Source of the DNA: Euglena gracilis
Lineage: Eukaryota
Assembly: GCA_039621445.1 (NCBI GenBank)
Contig: CP154954.1
Span: forward strand, 3,601,715 to 3,665,714
Direction: 5' to 3'
Length of the DNA stretch: 64,000 nt
The notes beneath the pieces were generated by a model. It was not told the origin of the DNA. It made no database searches and saw only the letters and a program-made list of their open reading frames with translations. Positions 33,701 through 44,812 of this stretch are shown here, piece after piece. The translations under genes and the position numbers were made by a program. The number at the start of each line of letters is the position of its first letter. Position 1 is the first letter of the stretch.

Positions 33701-36700
33701 GGCTGTTGGCAGGGGGGGGGGGGATGCACCAGAGGGAAAAAAAATGCGAAAAAATGCACAAAAAATGCACAAAAAAATGCACAAAAATGCACAAAAATGC
33801 AAAAAAAATGTGCAAAAATGCACAAAAAAATGCACAAAAATGCATAAAAAATGCACAAAAATGCGCAAAAATGCAAACACATCCCCCCTGCAGTTGGCTG
33901 GAGAAAGGCTGCTGTCTTGCTGGACGACCCCCCCCCGGGGGGATGGGGTCCACTTCGGCTTCAGGGACGCCCTGGTTTGTTCAGGGGTACCACATCATCC
34001 CTTGATTTTGATTGGGGGGGTCAGTAAGACGGAGGTTGGGTGGAAGGGGGGGAGGGGCATCGCTGGCCGGCACCGGCAGGACGTCCAACGCGTCGTCCAC
34101 CTCCAGGACGGCGCCATCGCGGGGGAGCAGCCCCGGGGGGCCAGCCCCCTTCGGGGTGCACATCTCGGCGCACTCCGCCGCACACAGCACCTCGTAGACC
34201 GGCAGCACCTCGACGCTAGGGTGGGGGGAACAACCCACCCCAATGCCCAACCCTCCTGGGGTCCGGTCGAAAATGCCCCCTCCCAGCCTTGAATCGATCT
34301 TTTGAAGAAGAAAAAAAGTATGCAGTCCACCCAAATGGCAGGGAGTGTAAACCAGGTTTTGAATAGTGCTGAGCTCTTAATAAGCGCGCCCCACCCCTTC
34401 ACTGACCCCCCCATATGAACCGGCCCACTCCATGGAGCTCTTTTGACTGAAATGCAAGGGTTTTGTGCCCGAAACGGGAGGCCAGGGGGTCAAAAAACGC
34501 CCATTTTTTGGCTCAAAAAACACGTTTTCTGGGTCCAGGAGGCCCAAAAACATGGTTTTGGGCAAAAAAAAATCGATTTTTTCGACTTTTTTGGCCCGTT
34601 TTTGACCCAAAATCAATGGGTTTCGGGCCAAAAACGGGGCACTGGCGGGTCGAAAAACGCTCATTTTCGGCTCAAACACATTTTTTCCGGGTCCAGGAGG
34701 CCAAAAAACTCGGTTTCGGGCAAAAAAATTTGGATTTTTTCGACTTTTTTGGCCCGTTTTTGACCCAAATTCAATGGGTTTCGGCCAAAAACGGGGCGCT
34801 GGCGGGGCAAAAAACGCTCATTTTCGGCTCAAAGACAGCTTTTTGAGGTCCGGGAGGCTAAAAAACATTTCAAAAAGGCAAAGAAAAATTCGATTTTGTT
34901 CGTTTTTTTCCCGACTTTTTTGGCGGAAAACGGAAATCTGACAGTGGAAAAAGTGTGCAAAATGTCCCAAATTGGCCGAAAAACGGCCGTATCTTGGGCT
35001 AGGCGGGGAGTTGCGGGGAAATCAAAATACCAGTAGATGGGGCGTTCCAAGGGCTTCAAATTAGGTCTCCGGACATTTCCTTTGATTTGGCTTCATTTTG
35101 GAGATATTTTGAAAATTGACATTTTTTGGCCGAAATGGCAGAGTCCAAAGGGGGGGGCTTAAAAAGGGGGGCGGGCTGATTCTACCCAGTTTGGACCCCT
35201 TCGCGCGTGAATAACTCAGGCCTGGCGGGGAGTTGGGGGTCAAACCCAGGTGATTCGGAAGCTAGAAATCCAGTCGCTTGCAACTGGAAAAAAAAAATCC
35301 GGGAACGGGGCCGGGATCATGGTGATAATCCGTCGGTTCTCCTGGTGGCCCCAACCGGGGGGGGGGGGTTCGCCAGGGGTAAGCTTCGCTCTGGCCCATA
35401 AAAGGATAAGAGCTCAGCGACCCCCCCAAAATAAGACCCTCCCCCAAAATTAAGACCCCCACCATAAAACAAGACCCCCTGCCAATTTTCAGCAAAAATC
35501 CAAAACTAGACCCCCCCCAAATAGTAAGACCCCCTTGGGGTTTTGGCGGGAAAAAACCAAAAAATAAACCCAAAATGCTCCCCAAAATGGGTGATTTCTG
35601 TCATTTTTTTTTGATTTTTGTCCGTGTTGTGTGTCAAAATTGGCATTTTTTTTTACACTCGATGCCGAAAATCACCCTTTTTAGACCTGTTTTAGGACCC
35701 TCTCGCGGGAAAAAAAATTTTGGATGAATTTCTCAGCAAAAAGTGGACCCCCAAGCCAAAGAATTACCCCCCACCCCGCGCGCTTTTCAGCGACGGACCC
35801 AAAAAGTAGACCCGGGGGGGGGGGGGTTGAGGGATGTGCCTGACCAATGACACGACACATCAGTGTTGTGTTGGAGTCCTGGCTGGGTCCCCCTGGGTGG
35901 TTTTACATTTTTTCTGTTCTCTTTGCCATTTCATCACAGTTTCTTTGCCATGGGCATCACATCGGCCCATACCTGCATGATTCCACAGCCCTTGATGTTC
36001 CGGGGGGGGGGGGGGCATGGGCAGCCAGAAACAGCCACTTTTGACCCACGCACAAGCGCACACCCCAGGGGGGTTCAATACAATTCCTCTGTCATGCAGT
36101 TCTGGTGCCTCCGCAGGACAGCAGAAGAGCAGGTCCGCCAGTGCGTTCCGGAAGCCCCTGCACCCTGGGCGGCCTTGCCGGGCACCGTCACCTTCGCCAG
36201 CCGCCGGAAGTGGAAGTCCCCCCGGCAGGCCTCGAACGTGGCGTGGGACACGCAGAGGAACGTCCCGAACTTCTTGTTGAGCGGCTCCAGCCGCGCCGAC
36301 AGGTTGGGCCGGCAGCGCCCCTCCCGCCCCCCATCCATCACAAGAGAAGCTTCTTGGTAGGAACATGGATTCACTCAGTGGCCCCCTGGGAGGGGGTGGG
36401 CACCTGTTGCAGGGCCTCCCCCTCCCCCCCTGCAGGGGGGGGGGGGGCACCCACCCACTCATCCAGCCCAAAACCATGCCAAATCTGCCAAAACCCCTCG
36501 AAATATGTATTGCCAACCCAGCCCCGGCCCAGTTGGGCTGACTCAAAGTGCATCCCGCCCCCAGGGAGTGGGGCGGGGTCCAGCAGCTCAACCCCAACCC
36601 ACCCACTCTCAAACCCCCTCAGAGGTGGGGTCACACGGGCTAAATGAAGAAACGGTGGGAATAAATAAAATACATTTTTGAACACCCACAAAAAAAAACA

Positions 36701-39700
36701 CTCAAAGAAACCCTGTGAGTGAGCTGAATTGCAGATCATGGTTTGCATGCAATACCATGGTCAACACCCCCGTGACGACTTGAAGAACCTCAACCCCCCT
36801 GGTGAATCATTTGGAGGCACTCAAAATGGGGCAGTGTTCAGAAGGCATGGTGCGCAGCACCTGGGTGTGGGACCTGGGGTGTGGGGAGAATGGTCGGGAG
36901 GACTCCAACTGACCATGGCAGTCAAACAAAATTCCTTCGGTGCCAATGGTGCCTCAAAATCGGCATTTGCGAGATGGGAAGGGGTGAAGGAAGGGGTGAA
37001 GGGGTGATGCCGCCCCCCCGACCAGGATGAGGAGGTCGACACACCCTCCCACCACCCATGAGGTTTCAGGGATCCCAACCCTGGGGCAGGGGGGAGTATG
37101 GCCAAATTTTTCAAAAATAAGACAAACCCCCCAAACCCCCAATTCTGCTGAAACAGGGGTGAAACATTAAAAACAATAGCATGCAAAACAGTCGTTCGGG
37201 GAGTGTGCTTCTGCAGATCTCAGGGGGAAGGGCAAACTAGACCAACGACTGCAACGGCCCAATGTCCACATGGGCAGCATGCCAATCGGGAGGGGGCTGG
37301 CCCACCCCGTCCCCCAGGCAGGTGTAGCTGACACGGTAGCTGCAGCCAGCCCCCAGCGACCGAGCCCACCTCCCCGGGACAACGGAGAATGGGGCGAAGA
37401 AGACGAGAAGCACGCACCAGAATATCGGACAGAAATACAACTTCTTTGCCTGGGAACGTTGCTCAGGAAAATGGGGTTCCTGAGAGCAAGCGGAGCAGGA
37501 TACTACTACAGTGGTTGAATTGACTGGAATGCCAGGGGCCTAGACAATGGGGCTTTTTGTTTTTTGCTTGCCTGTGATTGTCAGATGACAACTCTTTTCG
37601 ATAACTCCTCCCATTCCACTTGCCAACCTGCCTGGCCAGAGGTCTTCTGAAACAAGAGGGGAGTATTTGGGGGGTTGGGGTGGGGCGGTCAATCACAATT
37701 CCAATATCATTTCTGTCAATTTGGTGCCATTTTTGCACGCTTTTGGGTATTTTTTTCACATTTCTTGATGTTTGTGCCTTATCTCTAGGTTTTGCACACA
37801 AAGTGCCACATTTTTGTGCATTTTTTGCACATTTTCTTCGACGTCGGCAAAGTCCCCCCGCCAGTCAGCAGCAAAAGTCAGGTTGAAAAAATTTCGAAAA
37901 TCTCAAGAAAATGCAAAGTATTGCAAAAATGGTCAAAAATTCGAAAAATTGGGAAAATCACAAAAAAAAATGGCAAAAAAAGCAAAAAAAAATTGTGTCG
38001 AAAAAAATGCAAAAAGTGCCCATTTGTGGAAAATTTTGGGGGGAAATGCGCAAAAAAAAAGCCCCAAAAATGCAGGAAAAAATGCGAAATGCACCCCCTG
38101 CAGCCAGCCAGGTCAGCCAGCAGCATGACCTGGGCTTCTGCAATGAGGTGCGAATCAGATACCCCCACAAAAAGCTTTCCAACTTCAGAATTTGGCATAT
38201 TTGATGAGGAGCTCTGGAAAAATTCTTCTAAATGTCCTTCAAAGCTTCGAAATTCACTGTGGATAGCGTCATTCTAGCTGCGCCTTGTGCATTATCTGTG
38301 GTCATAAACATAACTTTTGTTCTGAACATTCCAGGGCATTCCTCATACTCCGGATTCTCCTTTTATGGTTCAAGGAAAAAAATTGAACCCCCCCCCCGGG
38401 TGTCTCACAACCATGAAGAAAAGAGGGTGGATCTGGAGCCAGCAAAAATCAAAGCTTGAGAAAAACCAATGTTTGAAGGAAAAATTTCCGTCTGTGGTGC
38501 CTTCTCGATGTTCAAGGAAAACCTGTTATATGGGAGAAAACCAGAAACAACCTGGGGAAGGGTCAGCAACCACCAAAATGAACTCTGACCTGGATTTGCA
38601 GACTCCTGTTGAGGGAAGCATGTTATGAGATCCGGGAAGGGGCAAAAAAGGTATCCACAGACACGTGGACTCGGCACTGGCCGAAGTTGCCCACAAGACA
38701 TTGGCCGGTGTGGATGCCCGCACGGAACTTCAGCACTGGCAGCCCCAGGCCTCTCCTTAGTGTGGGTCAAGGCCCCCGATTCGCAAATATTTTTGCAAAT
38801 TTGGAAAAATTTGCATTTTTTGCCGACATGCGCCAAGGAGAGGTCTGGGCAGCCCCCGGGACCGCCATAACTGGTGGAGGTCCATGACGCAAGCGGCAGG
38901 ACCTGATCTTGGAAGAGGACCAAGAGCTTCCACATGTGTTTGTTTTTTGGGACCCTCTGCCAACAATGCCATCTCCGTTGGGGGGATGGTTTTGGCTGCC
39001 ACACATCCAATTTCGGATGGTTTCGGTTCATATCTTACCAAGAACCATTGAAATTGACTATGCATTGAATATCCATTCAACCCAAAATGGAAGCAGCCAC
39101 CAAATTTAGGCCACCCCTTGGGCAGATCGGCTGAAACCCAAATTCATTCAACGGGTGCTTAAATCTGGGGGAGTTTCCCTTCAGAATCAGGGGATGGGAT
39201 GGGCAGTGGCGGTGTTGAGCAAAAAGGTACAAAAAGTTCGAGAATTTTGAACCCATCATTTTTTGGTCCTGTCCCTGATGATGACTTCCGTCGAGAATTT
39301 GCGATCGGAATTCTGGTGCAAACCAAACTGGATGGTGAGCTTAACTCTGGGTGCAAACTTACTTCTTTTGTGTTCGCTCACCAACAGAGAAATGATTTCC
39401 GCCCAGATGGTGCAGAAAAGAAATTTCAATGGGATCACAGACCAAAAAAATAACATGAATCTTGCCATGTATGGAGCGTGGGGTCTAACTGAAGGATGCA
39501 TGCCAACCCCCCCCCCATCAGACGTTGTCATAAAAGCCGAGAGAACAGCTTGACAGAGGACCTCTAGTGGCAAAATCTGTCCAACATAACCCGTCAGCCG
39601 GTGACAGTCCCCAAAACGAGACCTTTTCCGGGGGGGGGGGGGGCTTGGTAATGTCTGAGCCCTGGGCGTCCTGCATCGCCAGCGACGCGGCCACAGCGTC

Positions 39701-40045
39701 CCTCTCGTGTCCGGGCAGCCTCTCCGGCGCGTTCCACATCGCCATGGCGCAGCCCCACGGGTGGGAATCGACAGAAACAGGTGGTGGACTGGGTGGTTTA
39801 TGAGGAGAAGAATCTGGTACAAATACATAAGTATGTACAGTATTATTATTTATATTTATGTAAAGCGAGGACACGTGCACAACCTTGTTCAAACAGTCGT
39901 GAGGATATGCATACACACATATACACACATACATACATTCATTCATACATAGATACATACATACATACATACATACATACATACATACATACATACATAC
40001 ATACATACATACATACATACATACATACATACATACATACATACA

Positions 40046-40076
<31 letters not shown>

Positions 40077-42763
40077 TCACATGCATGCATGCATGGCGAC
40101 CCCATATTAGTTGGGCCCGACTGGTGGGGGGTCCCACCAGTATGAGGTGAGGGTTTTTTTACCCTCCCGCGTCATACAAGTGGGACCGGCCCCTTGATTT
40201 TGGCCGTTTTCTCCACCAACTTCGATCTTCCGACGGTGGAAATTTGATAATTTTGGATGTGAGGAAGCGAGTTCCAGATTATCCCATAAAAAGCAATTGG
40301 GGTTGGGGTTTGGGAGTGGTTAGGGTTAGGGTTTTAGGCTACAGTTAGGCCGAAATCCTAAAAAAAATATAGGCCTTGCATTATGCCCAAACTAACCTAT
40401 AATTAGGCCGATAATTAGCCTAACCCTCATTATCCCCAGGGCATCCGTGGCCAACCAAGTGTGCACTTTGATACCCCCAAGGGGGAGGGAATCAAAAGGT
40501 GCACCTGCCAATACATATGGACACACACATGCACATGTGTGTGTCCCTACATCCCTATGCATATGTGCATATTATATATATATATATATACATATGCGGT
40601 GTGTGTTCCTAAATACATGCACATATCCATTACATTAGATTGTTTATTAAAAAAAGGAAATCTGGACGATAATGTTCAAACACTGTCAGGAAGTGCCTTT
40701 TCCCCACTTGCCTCGGAGTCACACCACCAAACGAGTAGTCAAAAGCGGAGCAGTTGGATCGAAGGGGGGGGGTTGACCGAACCGCCGACCGTGGGGCTTT
40801 CAATGCAGTCACCGATGAACTTGTCGATGGTGCCATTTCGTTCCACAATATTGGGGTCCGAGACCCATACAGAGGACGTTCCAGCAGGCTCCTTTTAACA
40901 AGCCCCGGGGAGATTGTGCCTCGTGCTAGAAGGTTTTCAGAGGTTCTTCAGGATCTGGAGGGGGAGGTCGGCACCCACCCACCCACCCAGAGGGCCCCCA
41001 CGGGGGGGGGGGGGAGAGCTCGGAGGTCAAATTTGGTCCAAAAAGTTTTCAAAAAGCTTTCAGACCGAAATTAGAGGAGAACCGCTAGAGGAGGATACCC
41101 CCTCGACTAAACCCCAGCAGGAGGGGGGCGCCCCCCCCCAGGTCAACAAACTTAAAACATCGCTGTGTGGGGTGCTAGCTCATAGCAGGGACACAACCAG
41201 GGGGGGAATTTGAGTCCCAGCTTGGGCCATTTTTGGGCTCCTAGAACCTTCCGCATCGAAGGGGGGGGGGGTTGCTCTCTCACGACCCACATCCCCCTGG
41301 GGTTGAGACCTTCCCTGGGAACAAGACCGTTCCTTATTTTAGAGGGTATGTTCCCACCCATCAGAAGCCGACTTGTTTCAAAATGGCTTTTCGTTTCGCC
41401 GTTGGCAAAACGGCGAAAAAGCCGTTTAGCCGTTGGCAAAACAGCAAAAAAGCCGTTTCGCCATTGAGAAAATGGCGAAAAAGCCGTTTTGCCAGCCAAA
41501 TGTGAGAAAAATGGCAAAAAAGCCGAAGAGCCGAAATGAAACACATATGGGTGGGAACATACCCCACTTTCAAGATTCTTCATTGAGGAAGGACCCCGAA
41601 TAAAGGACCCACATTTTCCCAGTAGACACATCATTTCCCAGTTCCTGAAAACCTTCGGTGATTTGAGCCATATTTTCCTTCGCTTAGTGTGTGTTTGAAA
41701 GTTTCCAAAACTTCCTGTCGTTGGGGGGGGGGGGGTTCTGGGGTTTGTCTGCAGGAGACTCGGTGCGCTGCACATGGCCTCGAAGTACTCCGTGCACACG
41801 GCGACCAGCGCGGCGGGGGTCTCATTCTCACAGATGGTGGAGAAGCCCTCAATGTCCGCAAACATGATGGTCAGCGTTTCAGTGGCAGGCAACTGATTGC
41901 CCCACCACCATCTCCATGGTGGTGGGGCTTTAAACTCACGTGTTTGGTTGCGACCTCAGGAAAACCATCCCATGTCCCCTCCGGCAGGCTGCAACCACAG
42001 GTGGAACTGATTCCAAACAGCTCAACAGTGACGCCAAAGGCATCTGCAACCCACAGCCAGGGGGCCGATGAAAAAAAAAAACGGGAAGTTCAGCAGATCA
42101 GGAGTTCAGCGGGCTCACTTTGGTGCAAATTTATGATTAAACGGATTACCACTGACGGCCCATATCTTCGGTTTCCGGATGAGAGACGAAACCTTTAGGA
42201 TTGCAGATTAGACCTCAGGAACAATGAACAGCGGCCTGCTTGGGGTGCATCTCATCGTTGGCTTTCATTTGGCCAGCAATCAGAATCAGCCGACGGTCAA
42301 AAGAGGTGACTCGACAAAGAAGCCGCACATTCGATGTACAGGTGAAGAGTCACCGGTTTCTGTGGTTGGTTTGAAATGCCCCAGTGCCTTGGCATTGCAA
42401 TCGGAGACGCCCAGCTGTGATGCCTGGGTTTTTCTCCTTGTGCTCAAGCAGCCAAGCAAATGATTTTTCAAGGTTTCCTTTTTGGTTGCAGGTGTTGGCC
42501 CCATGTCATTTGGGGTGTGTCATTTGACGTGACGTGTCACATCCTGCTGGGACAAATCTGGCATCTCAGGTGGATTTGGCTGTTTTTCCCGCTGGTCCCT
42601 TTTGTCACTCCAGAAAGGGATTCCAGAGAGAAACCTCATTTCCCAGATGCCATTCAGGATCCATCAGGGTTTGTGCAAGACGCAATGCCCCAATTTGGCA
42701 CATCACGGGCCGGGGCTGCCCAGCACCTTCACCACCGCCTGGGGCACGAACTTCCCAAACGCC
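30621..42763 (-). CDS. Class III adenylate cyclase, copy 1 (multi-exon, 5' part cut by the gap)
   Basis: Exons 42722-42763, 42242-42281, 41767-41880, 40802-40852, 39668-39745, 38851-38891, 38683-38740, 37303-37347, 36171-36305, ~34069-34211, (possible exon(s) ~33270-33530), 32512-32607, 30621-30764. Joins down to 34211 are in frame; the link from ~34069 to 32607 is unresolved. Motifs FADIEGFS, GTIDKFIGDCIMAMWNAP, FRAGIHTG, SYTCLGDGVNLSARLE, WDGVFHFTEK*. Confidence 0.9.
32512..32607 (-). CDS. Adenylate cyclase exon (copy 1)
   Basis: SQATYHWTLVDRLTLLQSSARYEQAYASIVAG. Confidence 0.75.
34069..34211 (-). CDS. Adenylate cyclase exon (copy 1)
   Basis: EVLPVYEVLCAAEC...; the 3' boundary is approximate. 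Confidence 0.7.
36171..36305 (-). CDS. Adenylate cyclase exon (copy 1)
   Basis: NLSARLEPLNKKFGTFLCVSHATFEACRGDFHFRRLAKVTVPGKA. Confidence 0.9.
37303..37347 (-). CDS. Adenylate cyclase exon (copy 1)
   Basis: GCSYRVSYTCLGDGV. Confidence 0.88.
38683..38891 (-). CDS. Adenylate cyclase, two exons 38851-38891 and 38683-38740 (copy 1)
   Basis: CVMDLHQLWRSRGL|PVLKFRAGIHTGQCLVGNF, separated by a 110-bp intron. Confidence 0.88.
39668..39745 (-). CDS. Adenylate cyclase exon (copy 1)
   Basis: MAMWNAPERLPGHERDAVAASLAMQD. Confidence 0.88.
39929..40076. repeat. (TACA)n microsatellite
   Basis: Seen directly. The counterpart at ~57826-58010 is longer. Confidence 0.95.
40802..40852 (-). CDS. Adenylate cyclase exon (copy 1)
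   Basis: NIVERNGTIDKFIGDCI. Confidence 0.9.
41344..41564. mobile_element. MITE with perfect 18-bp TIR GGGTATGTTCCCACCCAT
   Basis: Inverted termini with internal GCCGTT/AAAACGGC repeats. Second copy near 59264-59483. Confidence 0.65.
41767..41880 (-). CDS. Adenylate cyclase exon (copy 1)
   Basis: ETLTIMFADIEGFSTICENETPAALVAVCTEYFEAMCS. Confidence 0.92.
42242..42281 (-). CDS. Adenylate cyclase exon (copy 1)
   Basis: (L)IAGQMKANDEMHP; phases match both neighbours. Confidence 0.8.
42722..42763 (-). CDS. Adenylate cyclase exon (copy 1)
   Basis: (Q)AFGKFVPQAVVKV(L), the pre-catalytic helix. Confidence 0.85.
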
Positions 42764-43338
42764 CACAGCAGCCTTCTTTTCCACAACCCCCTGGAGGAGG
42801 GGGTCTTCGGCTGTTATGCACGCGGTCCAAGCTGAGTCTGACCAACCCCCCCCCCCCCCCCGAGGGATTGGTCCGGACAGTTCATTAAGTATGGGGTTCA
42901 TTAAGCATTAAGCATTAGACGTTCATTAAGCATGGGGTTCGCAACCTCCCCCCATTTCATGATTCAATGACACCAAATGATCGTCTCCGGCTGGGGGGGG
43001 GGGTGCTAAAACAGCCAACGTTTGTCTCCAACCAGGGGGTGGAGGGGGTTGTTAGACAATAGGGGAACCCCATGTTGGCAAAAAGTTGGCCACAAATAGG
43101 GAATCAAGACCATTTTGGCTGTTTTTAGCCCCTTTTTTTTTTTGCACAATTGGCATCCTTTGACCACTTCTGGCCATTTTTGGCCACTGTCGGCCATTTT
43201 TTTGGCCATTTCGACTATTATTGGTCATTTTTTGGCCAAATTTGAGCAACTTTCGGCTGTTTGTCGCAACCTCACTTTACCAGCCCCCTCCCCATTGACC
43301 AGGTTCCAACAACCCCCGACCAGGGAGTGGTTGCACGA

Positions 43339-43752
43339 CTAAACCCCCCCCCCAAAAAATAAGACCCCCCCCCAAAAATAAGACCCCCCCCAAAAATAAG
43401 CCCCCCCCCCCCCTGACGGCGCGAAGCGCCGGGGACGGTGAAAATTTTCCCTGAGAAATTGCCAAAAACCCAAATTTCACACACAAAAATGATGAAATTT
43501 CAAAAAATTTCAGATTCTTGAAGTGCAAAAAACATGCTAAATGTCCACTTACACAAATTTACACATGGCGCGAAGCGCCGAAGGAAAATTTTTAGTGTTT
43601 TTGGGAACCTGAAAAATGATGTTTTTTTCGTCCCGGGTCGGTCAAGAAAAAATCCAAAAATAAGACCCCCCCCAAAAATAAGACCCCCCCCTGGAGGTTT
43701 CCAGCAACGGACCCAAAAATAAGACCCGGGTCTTATTTTGGGGGGGGGTTAG
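43339..43752. mobile_element. MITE with CCCCAAAAATAAGAC subterminal repeats
   Basis: Inverted termini ctaaaccccc.../...gggggttag. Second copy at ~61222-61633 and related repeats at 35421-35535. Confidence 0.65.
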
Positions 43753-44799
43753 GTGCCAAAAAAAAACCCAATATTCAAAACCACCTGCAACCTTCATCCT
43801 CCGACCAGGAGGTGTCGATGTATAGGGGATTTATCCCCATTGGGACCTTTCCCTGACATGATCTTTTGCTGGATAGACATATGATTGGGTGTCATCTGCC
43901 ACGTTCCCCTGAAATGTATTATTCAACCCTGTGACATCTTCCATCAGCAGGAAGGCAGGAATGAGATTTCGATGTCATACAGCCTGACAAAAAGCCTGAC
44001 GGGGTGGTCAGCAGACAGGGGGTACACCAATTTGAATCATTTTGGGAGCCATTGCGGGGGCATTGGCCATTTTTTGGGGGGGGTCATTTTGGCATTTCAG
44101 CCAGTTTATGGTTTTTCCAACAGGCTGCAAAAAAAAAGCTTCTCTGAAACTTGCAAATACAAAAAAAAGCGAAATTAAACCACAATTCCTCCATTACTTA
44201 GGGACAAACATCACAGGTCGCATCTGACCAGGGGGGGATTTCTTGGACAAGCCCGGTCATTGGACGAGGAAATAATCATCCATTTGCTGTGAAAGGAGAC
44301 AATCTACACAGTCTGGACGCCCCTTGTTCGTTGGACAATTGGCAACGGTCGCCCAGCCCCCCAGTATGGACAGGCGGAGTGGGGGGGGGGGTATTTTGAC
44401 CCCCCAGGAGGCAGGGTTTTTTGGTGCTATAAGGGGGTTCATTTCATTTTTAGGAAGGGAGGGTGAGTAACAACTTGCCGTGGAGGCCTCCCAGTGGACT
44501 TTCCAACAGAAAAAGTCAGTTGACCCAACGTGACATCCAAGGGAGAGGGACAAAATGTCCTTGAAATGGCGGGATCTGATCAGCAACAATTGCAGATGGA
44601 AAATTTTTTGTGGGGAATCCTCAAAATGCGGGGAAAATCCTGGACGCCCCCTTAAAACGGCCAGGAAATTTCTGGATGAAGAAAATCTCACAAAGCCATT
44701 CTTCAGGGAAATTCCACACCAAACCCAAAAATTGGTTTCTCCAAATCCAAAATTCAAAAAGTTTGGATTTGAACGTTAAAAAATCACATGCTGAATGAT

Positions 44800-44812
44800 N
44801 NNNNNNNNNNNN
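44800..44812. other. Assembly gap (13 N)
   Basis: N run at the junction of the two duplicated segments. Confidence 1.
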
